A stretch of DNA of 64,000 bases from Acidobacteriota bacterium (GTDB taxonomy: Bacteria > Acidobacteriota > UBA6911 > RPQK01 > JAJDTT01), in assembly GCA_965209055.1 (NCBI GenBank), contig OZ242374.1, positions 1,824,001-1,888,000 of the forward strand, read 5' to 3'. The notes under the pieces were generated by a model, which was not told the origin of the DNA, did no database searches, and was given only the letters and a program-made list of their open reading frames with translations. Positions 57,114-64,000 of the stretch are shown here, piece after piece; within the stretch, counting starts at the first letter, position 1; the number at the start of each line of letters is the position of its first letter. The translations under genes were made by a program, and so were the position numbers.

Positions 57114-59522
57114 ATGAACATGCACCCCTCCCGTCCCGACAGAACGGTCCCCACCCGTCTCCCGGCCCTTCTGATCGCGTGCTGCCTGACGGCGCTCTCC
57201 GGAGCCTGCAATTCCCCCGGCCACGCCCAGAAACCCGCCGGCCCCGTCACCTTCAACCGGGACATCGCCCCCATCGTCTACAAGCGTTGCGCTCCCTGCC
57301 ACCGTCCGGGGCAGGTGGCCCCCTTCAGCCTCCTGAGCTACGAGGACGTCAAGTCGCGGGCGAGCCAGATCGAGGTGGTCACCCGGACCCGCTACATGCC
57401 TCCCTGGCTGCCCGAGTCGGGAAAAGGCCGCTTCGTCGGGAACCGGCGCCTCACCGTCCGGGAGCTGGAGCTGCTCCAGGAATGGCTCCAGGGAGACCTG
57501 CCTCAAGGGGACCCGGCGAACCTTCCCCCTCCCCCCGAATGGCCCCAGGGCTGGCAGTTGGGCGAGCCCGACCTGGTCATCCGGATGCCGCGGACCTACA
57601 CCCTCCCGGCCGACGGACCCGACGTGGTCCGCAACTTCGTGATCCCCAGCCCCGTCGACCGCACCCGCTACGTGAGAGGCGTGGAATTCCGGCCCGGCAA
57701 CGCCCCCATCGTCCACCACGTGGTGATTCTGGTGGACACCACCGGGACCTCCCGCGCCCACGAGGCCAAAGACCCGGAGGCGGGCTACGACGGCATGCTC
57801 TACAACCAGGCCACGAGTCCCGGCGGCCACTTCGAGGGCTGGACGCCGGGCAAGAGCCCCTTTCTGCGGCCCGCGGACATGGCGTGGCGCCTCGACCCCG
57901 GCACGGACGTGGTCTTCCAGCTCCACATGCTGCCCACCGGAAAACCGGAGCCGATTCAATCCTCCCTGGGACTCTTCTTCGCCCGGAAGCCGCCGACCAA
58001 GACGCCCTACATGCTCCGCCTGGGCTCCAAGGTGATCGACATCGAGGCCGGGGAGGCCGACTACAAGATCCGCGACACCTACCGCCTCCCCGTGGATACT
58101 CGGCTCCTGAGCGTCTATCCTCACGCCCACTACCTGGCCCGGGAAATGAAGGGCACCGCCCGGCTGCCCGACGGACGGCTCCGGTGGCTGGTCCATATCC
58201 GGGACTGGGACTTCAACTGGCAGGACGAGTACCGCTACTCTTCCCCCATCTCGTTGCCCGCCGGCACCACCCTGGAGATGGAGTACACCTACGACAACTC
58301 GGCGGAAAACCTGCGAAATCCTCACAGTCCTCCCGAGAGAGTCGTCTACGGGCCCCAATCCTCGGACGAGATGGGGGACCTCTGGTTTCAGGTTTTGGCC
58401 GCCGACGGGAAGGGCTTGGACCGGCTGGTCCGGGACCACGCCCACCGGGAGTTGCTGGCCGACGTGGAGGGCTATCGGAAGCTGGTTCGGGACCATCCCG
58501 AGGACCCCCACTTTCGCGACACGCTGGCCCATCGCTACATCCGGCTCGGGGAAGTCACCAGGGCCATCGGGGAGTGGAAGGAGGCCATCCGCCTGAGCCC
58601 CGAGTTCTGGGGCTACTATTTCAACCTGGGCCACGCCCTCGATCAGATGAAACGGCCGGCCGAAGCCGTGACCTGGTACCGGAAGACGCTGGAGCTGAAG
58701 CCGCGGCAGGTCCGGGCCCACAACAACCTGGCCGTGGCTCTTCAATCCACGGGCAGGCGGCCGGAGGCGATCCGGCATTTCCGGCGGGCGGTCGGGATCG
58801 ATCCCGATTCCATGGAGTCGCACCGGAACCTGGCCGCCGCACTGGCGGAGGAGGGGAACTTCAGGGATGCGGCGATCCACTTTCGCCGGGCTCTGGAGAC
58901 GGGCCCCCCGTCGGTGGAGGTCCACACCGGCCTGGGGCGCGCCCTGGCGGGCCAGAATCGAATGCCGGAGGCGGTCGAGCAGTTCAGGAACGCCCTGCGG
59001 CTCGACGCGAACAGCTTCGACGCCCACAACAATCTGGGGAACCTGCTGGCGGCCGGGGGACGCATGGAGGAGGCCCTGGAGCATTTCCGCAAGGCGGTGG
59101 AGTTGCAGCCGGACTCGGTGGAAGCCCTGGGCAACCTGGGCCTGGCCCTCCGGATGACCGGACGCTTCAATGAGGCCGGCCGCTACCTGGAGGAGGCGGC
59201 CCGCCGCCAGCCCGGATGGCCCGCTCCCCAGGCCGCCTTGGCCTGGATCCTCGCCACCCACCCCGACCCCGCCCGGCGCCGGCCTCAGGACGCGGTCCAA
59301 CTGGGCCGCAGGGTCGTCCGGATGACCCGGGAGCAGGATCCTCGAATGCTGGATGTCCTGGCGGCAGCCTACGCCGCCGCGGGGGAGTTCGATCAAGCCG
59401 TCGCCACGGCCCAAAAGGCGATCCGGCTGGCCGCCACCCGTCCCGGGAACCCGCTGGGACGGTTGCTGCAGGAGCGCCTGATGCTCTACCGTCAGCGCCG
59501 CGCCTACGTCGAAGGTGAATGA
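57114..59522 (+). CDS. Heme c + PHM-type copper monooxygenase + TPR lipoprotein
   Basis: Lipobox-like SGAC, CAPCH, MPPW, VHH, QLH, PHAH, DEM; many TPRs in C-half. Confidence 0.85.
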   Translation: MNMHPSRPDRTVPTRLPALLIACCLTALSGACNSPGHAQKPAGPVTFNRDIAPIVYKRCAPCHRPGQVAPFSLLSYEDVKSRASQIEVVTRTRYMPPWLPESGKGRFVGNRRLTVRELELLQEWLQGDLPQGDPANLPPPPEWPQGWQLGEPDLVIRMPRTYTLPADGPDVVRNFVIPSPVDRTRYVRGVEFRPGNAPIVHHVVILVDTTGTSRAHEAKDPEAGYDGMLYNQATSPGGHFEGWTPGKSPFLRPADMAWRLDPGTDVVFQLHMLPTGKPEPIQSSLGLFFARKPPTKTPYMLRLGSKVIDIEAGEADYKIRDTYRLPVDTRLLSVYPHAHYLAREMKGTARLPDGRLRWLVHIRDWDFNWQDEYRYSSPISLPAGTTLEMEYTYDNSAENLRNPHSPPERVVYGPQSSDEMGDLWFQVLAADGKGLDRLVRDHAHRELLADVEGYRKLVRDHPEDPHFRDTLAHRYIRLGEVTRAIGEWKEAIRLSPEFWGYYFNLGHALDQMKRPAEAVTWYRKTLELKPRQVRAHNNLAVALQSTGRRPEAIRHFRRAVGIDPDSMESHRNLAAALAEEGNFRDAAIHFRRALETGPPSVEVHTGLGRALAGQNRMPEAVEQFRNALRLDANSFDAHNNLGNLLAAGGRMEEALEHFRKAVELQPDSVEALGNLGLALRMTGRFNEAGRYLEEAARRQPGWPAPQAALAWILATHPDPARRRPQDAVQLGRRVVRMTREQDPRMLDVLAAAYAAAGEFDQAVATAQKAIRLAATRPGNPLGRLLQERLMLYRQRRAYVEGE

Positions 59523-59638
59523 AGCGGAAAGAGTAAATCCAAGGGCGGCGGAAAAGGCAGCGAAAAGCGATCCCAACGATCTTTTCGAGGCCGGCCGAGC
59601 CAATCTGGCGCAGTCCTAAGTTTTTTCTTCTGAATTGT

Positions 59639-59667
59639 TTGACTCTCCGAATCGGGTCCTGTAAAAA
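59639..59667 (+). promoter_or_regulatory. Possible sigma70 promoter of the TonB receptor gene
   Basis: TTGACT-17 nt-TAAAAA; similar arrangement upstream of the next paralog. Confidence 0.45.
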
Positions 59668-59767
59668 GACCCCAACAACGACGCTCACCATACGTCTTTT
59701 TCATTGCGAACGGTCGAGACGGCCGGAAGTTCGTAACCGTTCTCGACCTTCCAGGAGGGAACAACTC

Positions 59768-62700
59768 ATGGGCTACAGGAGCAAGACTCTGTGGCTGGCG
59801 ACCGCGTGCCTGGTGCTCGTGGTGCATGCGCTTGCGGCGCCGCTGGCCTACGGACAGGCCGCCACCTTCTCCCGGTTGCTGGGGACCGTCAGGGACCAGA
59901 CCGGAGCGGTGGTGCCTGGGGTGGAGGTCACGGCCACGGCCACGGCCACCAACATTCCGAATATGGCGGTGACCAACGACCGCGGTGACTACGTCATCGA
60001 CAAGTTGATCCCCGGTTTCTATGACATCTCGGCGGAGCTGCCCGGCTTCAAGGTGGCGCGCTCGCTGGGTGTCCGTCTCGAGGTCCAGAGCGTATCCCGC
60101 GTCGACCTCACCATGGAACCGGGAGACATCTCCGAGCAGGTGACGGTCACGGGACAGTCCACCATCATCGACACCGACAATGCCGAGGTGGCGGCGGTCA
60201 TCGAAGAGAAGAAGATCCTGGATCTTCCTCTGGCGGGCCGCGACATGGTGAAGCTGGCCTACCTGACCACGGGCGGCACGCAGGAGCGGCAGGAGATCGG
60301 CTACACCGCCCTCTACGCCTACGGCGGCGGGTATCCCACCTTCAACGGCCTGTATTCGCACTCCAACCAGATCCAGTTGGACGGCTCCAACAACATGGGC
60401 TACATCACGCAGCGGCCCACGGTGCAGCCGACCCCTGAGACGGTGCAGGAGTTCAAGGTGATCACGAACAACTACTCGGCCGAGTACGGCCGCGTGGGCG
60501 GGGCGGTCATCACCATGCTCTCCAAGAGCGGGAGCAACGAGTTCCACGGCCATGCCTGGTACTACTTCCGGGACGAGACTCTGGATGCGAACAACTTCTT
60601 CGCGAACCGGTCCCTGCGGGAGAAGCTGCCGGTGGACTACCACATCGGCGGCGGCTCCATCGGCGGTCCCATCCTCAAGGACAAGACCTTTTTCCACGGC
60701 CACTACGAGAAGTTCGTCGACGACCTGAACGTGGCCGGCTTCGCCACGGTGCCTTCCACGGCCATCGTCCAGGGCGACTTCTCCGGCAGTGGTGCCAAGG
60801 GGCCCATCAATCAGCTCTACAATCCGTTCGACTTCACCGGAAGCCGGGCCGAAGGAACGGGCAAGCGGGCGCCTTTCGCCAACAACCAGATCCCGGCCAG
60901 CATGCAGGGGGCGGTCTACAGGAAGGTGATGGAGATGATGCCCCCTCCGGCGCCCAACCAGTCGGGCGTGACCGCCAACAACTACGCCTATCCCCGGGCC
61001 ACCAACACCCGGATCGACAAGTACTCGTTCCGCGTCGATCACCAGTTCGCCAACGACGACAACCTCTTCGGACGTTACAGTTGGCAGCGATCGCCCACGT
61101 TCGCGCATTCCGGGGATCTGGGAATCCCCGGCGCCACCCAGGACGGAATCTACCGGTATTTCTATGACCGGTCCCGCGGCTACCAGATCGGCATCAGTTG
61201 GGTGAACCCCATCGGATCCAACCTGGTCACCGAGTACACCCAGTCCATCTGGAAGTTCACCTGGCTCATCGGACGGCCCATCGAGGACACCAACTGGCCT
61301 CGGGTGCTGGGTTACGACGACGGACACAACTGGGAGGTGTATCTGCCCAACGGCAACCGCGGCGGCGCCAACATGCCCCGCCTGCAGCCCGACGGCTACA
61401 CCCGTTATCGCGGCGGCAGGGAATCGCCGCTGGCGGACTGGGGCCTGGGCTTCAAGTACACGGCCTCCTGGAGAAAGGGAAACCACTACCTGAAGTTCGG
61501 TTTCGAGCACGTCCGGAACCTGGATGTCCACTACTACTACATTCCGGAGTACGGAAACGGGTCCGACACCTTCAACGGCTATGCCACGGGCCAGCTCCAG
61601 TACGGTCCCGACGGAAGCTTTTCCGGGGTCACCTATGGCGAGGGCTGGGCCGACTTCCTGCTGGGGACGCCCTCCGCGGTCAGCGGCAACGTCCTCGGCA
61701 TCGGCGAGAACACGGGCCACTTCAACCAGAGCCACTACAACTGGTTCATCAACGACGACTGGAAGGTGAGTCCCGACTTGACCCTGAACATCGGCCTTCG
61801 CTGGGAGCAGCCGCGGCCGCCGTACTACGAGGGCCATCCCAGCGGGTCGTACACCACCGACTACTACTACTGTGCGTACGACTACAGCCGGGTCACCAAC
61901 CGCATCGATCCGGTGGAAATGATGCCCAAGGGCTTCGACATCGCCCAGTGGCAGGGGCCCGACGGTATTGCGGTTCCCTTCGAAAACCTGCCTCACCGCG
62001 GTTGCTACAAGGCCAAGTGGCGCTACTTCGCGCCCCGGTTCGGACTGGCCTGGCGCATCTTCGGGACCAACCGGACCGTGCTTCGCGCCGGCGCCGGCCT
62101 GACCTACGACCAGGAGTTCGGCATCCTCAGAGCCCGGACCATGAGACCGAATGCCGGTGTCATCAGTTTGAGCGCAACCCGGGGGTACGAGTTCCCGGAA
62201 CTCATCACCGGGAAACGGATCGACCTTCCCCGTCAGAGGGGTAACGTCAATGCGGATGGAGTGCTGGTCGACAGCAACTACTACGTCTGCTACTTCTCCG
62301 AGTTGGACTGGCAGGAGGGGCAGGTCTACTCCTACAACCTGGCGATCCAGCACGAGCTGTTCCAGGGGACCAAGTGGGAGGTGGCTTACGTGGGCAACCA
62401 GGGGCGCCACATCCGCGAGATCAGCCCCTTCAACGTGGCCATGCCGGAAGGGTACGTGGTTCCTCTCGTGGCGGGAGGCACTGCCACGCTGACCAGCGAC
62501 ACCATCACGGCCGGTCCCCGGGAGTGGATTCCGGCCGAGAATCGCACGGAAACCAGCCGCGCCTGGACGGGACAGTTGGCCCGGCGGCCCTATCCCCAGG
62601 TCATTCCCAACACCATGCTGCGGCCGCACGGGAGCATGAACTACAACTCCCTGCAGACCAAGTTGGAGCGCCGGTTCAGCGACGGTGTGGCCATTTCCAT

Positions 62701-63415
62701 GGGCTACACCTGGTCCAAGGCCATGGCCATGAACTACAACGGCAACTGGGGCGACTGGTCCGGATCGCGCGACTATGAGCGCCACGCCCTGCGTGCGCCC
62801 ATGCAGCACGACCGCTCCAGCACCTACTACATGTCCGCCATCTGGGTGCTGCCCTTCTTCCAGAACGCGGGGGGACTGACCAAGTCCCTGCTGGGCGGCT
62901 GGGAGCTCACCGGCATCACCACCCTCACCACGGGAGCCCCGTTCCGGGTCTTCTACGGCACCGACCTGTGGAACCAGGGCCGCCGGTCGCGCCGTTACAC
63001 CGACCGCATCAAGGACGGGAATCTCGGCGGCGGAGCCACGGTGGAGCGGTGGTACGACACCAGCGCCTTCACGGCCCCCGGCATCGAGAACCCCGACGTG
63101 CCGGGTCAGCGGATCATGGACACCTCCCTTTGCGGCGGAGCCAGCTTCTGTCACGAATCGGCGAGGCGGGCCCTGGGCAACGGCGCCCCTTATCCGCTGC
63201 GGTACGATGGAGTTCCCGTCGTGGATCTCTCGCTGCACAAGAATTTCGCTTTCGGAGAGGAAAAGACCTTCGACGTCCGGGCGGACTTCTTCAACGCCTT
63301 CAACCACGCCATCTTCAATGCTCCCAACGGGAACCATTCCTCTTCGGCCGTGGGCCGGGTGACCTCGGCGGCGACGGCGCGGCAGATTCAGATCGGGTTC
63401 CGCTTCTCGTTCTAG
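59768..63415 (+). CDS. TonB-dependent receptor with carboxypeptidase-regulatory-like N-domain (Oar-like)
   Basis: GTVRDQTGAVVPG, VQEFKV..NNYSAEYGR, KSGSNEFHG, APRFGLAW, terminal RQIQIGFRFSF. Confidence 0.93.
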   Translation: MGYRSKTLWLATACLVLVVHALAAPLAYGQAATFSRLLGTVRDQTGAVVPGVEVTATATATNIPNMAVTNDRGDYVIDKLIPGFYDISAELPGFKVARSLGVRLEVQSVSRVDLTMEPGDISEQVTVTGQSTIIDTDNAEVAAVIEEKKILDLPLAGRDMVKLAYLTTGGTQERQEIGYTALYAYGGGYPTFNGLYSHSNQIQLDGSNNMGYITQRPTVQPTPETVQEFKVITNNYSAEYGRVGGAVITMLSKSGSNEFHGHAWYYFRDETLDANNFFANRSLREKLPVDYHIGGGSIGGPILKDKTFFHGHYEKFVDDLNVAGFATVPSTAIVQGDFSGSGAKGPINQLYNPFDFTGSRAEGTGKRAPFANNQIPASMQGAVYRKVMEMMPPPAPNQSGVTANNYAYPRATNTRIDKYSFRVDHQFANDDNLFGRYSWQRSPTFAHSGDLGIPGATQDGIYRYFYDRSRGYQIGISWVNPIGSNLVTEYTQSIWKFTWLIGRPIEDTNWPRVLGYDDGHNWEVYLPNGNRGGANMPRLQPDGYTRYRGGRESPLADWGLGFKYTASWRKGNHYLKFGFEHVRNLDVHYYYIPEYGNGSDTFNGYATGQLQYGPDGSFSGVTYGEGWADFLLGTPSAVSGNVLGIGENTGHFNQSHYNWFINDDWKVSPDLTLNIGLRWEQPRPPYYEGHPSGSYTTDYYYCAYDYSRVTNRIDPVEMMPKGFDIAQWQGPDGIAVPFENLPHRGCYKAKWRYFAPRFGLAWRIFGTNRTVLRAGAGLTYDQEFGILRARTMRPNAGVISLSATRGYEFPELITGKRIDLPRQRGNVNADGVLVDSNYYVCYFSELDWQEGQVYSYNLAIQHELFQGTKWEVAYVGNQGRHIREISPFNVAMPEGYVVPLVAGGTATLTSDTITAGPREWIPAENRTETSRAWTGQLARRPYPQVIPNTMLRPHGSMNYNSLQTKLERRFSDGVAISMGYTWSKAMAMNYNGNWGDWSGSRDYERHALRAPMQHDRSSTYYMSAIWVLPFFQNAGGLTKSLLGGWELTGITTLTTGAPFRVFYGTDLWNQGRRSRRYTDRIKDGNLGGGATVERWYDTSAFTAPGIENPDVPGQRIMDTSLCGGASFCHESARRALGNGAPYPLRYDGVPVVDLSLHKNFAFGEEKTFDVRADFFNAFNHAIFNAPNGNHSSSAVGRVTSAATARQIQIGFRFSF

Positions 63416-63424
63416 CGGTCCATA

Positions 63425-63449
63425 GGAGGGGGGACTTTCCTGTCCCCCC
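63425..63449 (+). repeat. GGAG-type REP variant / hairpin after the receptor gene
   Basis: ggaggggggactttcctgtcccccc. Confidence 0.6.
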
Positions 63450-63728
63450 TCCCCCCTTCCTCATTCCCTGGCGACCCCGTGGAGGTTCGGTGGCTGCCGG
63501 GTCGACGCCCGCGCTCTTCGGCGCGCCGATCCGGCCAACCTCGGACGCCATCCGATTCGAAAGTCCCCGGAATTTACCCCCTCCCGCGCCAAAAAAATCA
63601 CGATTCAGTTTTTTGGCCCGAATTCGTGGCCACAGTTCAAATCGATGGAGTATCGGCCAGGCGTGAAAGCTTGTCGGAAATGCCTAAGTACAGTATTAGA
63701 AAGACTTTATTTGGTCCCGGTCAAATCT

Positions 63729-63744
63729 TGGCACCCAAGTTGCT
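63729..63744 (+). promoter_or_regulatory. Sigma54 (-24/-12) promoter
   Basis: TGGCACCCAAGTTGCT, GG-N10-GC spacing. Confidence 0.65.
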
Positions 63745-63948
63745 TAATTGGATGGCGAGTCCGCAAAGCGGATTCAGCCTGCCGCCAGGAAGCGCGGGCT
63801 GCTGGAGCAGGCGAATTTTTTTGTTGACGCGCCGAAACGAATCGGCTAAAAGAGCCCGGACGTGTAGGCGTAAACCCATTTTTGGTGCGGACGACCGCAA
63901 AGGTTTGGTACCGCGTAACATGAGTAGCTTCGAGGAGGAAAGAGGGTA

Positions 63949-64000
63949 ATGAGCTACAAGAACAAGTCTCTATGGCTGGCGACGGCGGCTTTGGTGCTCG
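63949..64000 (+). CDS. Start of a probable second TonB receptor paralog (runs off window)
   Basis: MSYKNKSLWLATAALVL resembles MGYRSKTLWLATACLVL; GAGGAGG upstream. Confidence 0.7.
   Translation, partial: MSYKNKSLWLATAALVL

Noticed and set aside
57042-59603. 853-aa minus-strand ORF
   Set aside because: Antisense shadow of the heme c/TPR gene
59504-63337. 1277-aa minus-strand ORF
   Set aside because: Antisense shadow of the TonB receptor gene in high-GC DNA; no motifs

Overview
GC-rich bacterial window. The gene repertoire (carboxypeptidase-regulatory-domain TonB receptors, triple RidA, heme c/Cu-monooxygenase/TPR protein, exported LRR and repeat proteins) suggests Acidobacteriota, possibly host-associated; this taxonomy is inference. 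The left ~28.4 kb looks like the distal part of a genomic island. It holds a ~19 kb minus-strand element that joins a phage-satellite-style module (two hypothetical genes, AlpA, Zn-finger/Toprim/SF4 primase-helicase with iteron-like inverted repeats) to a minimal VirB2-3-4-9-10-5-6-8 / VirD4 / VirB11 type IV secretion system and ArdC. It has no HUH relaxase; instead there is a wHTH + PD-(D/E)XK (Replic_Relax/MOBC-like) protein, a second wHTH protein and a highly structured oriT candidate. IS3, IS1-like and IS1595 remnants and exported proteins follow. The island appears to end at an att-like site (arm repeats, IHF box, ACCTCCACCA) at ~28.43 kb; no integrase is in the window. Next are a Schlafen(AlbA_2)-ParA pair butted against cysH-sat/cysC and then core-type genes: peptide ABC transporter with deacetylase-like and Eis-like genes, tRNA-His, pabB, ilvC, mobA, pyrE-like, MFS and TonB receptors, interspersed with a GGAG-type REP family. 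No CRISPR array, reverse transcriptase or rRNA was seen. All family assignments come from motif recognition by eye, not database searches.
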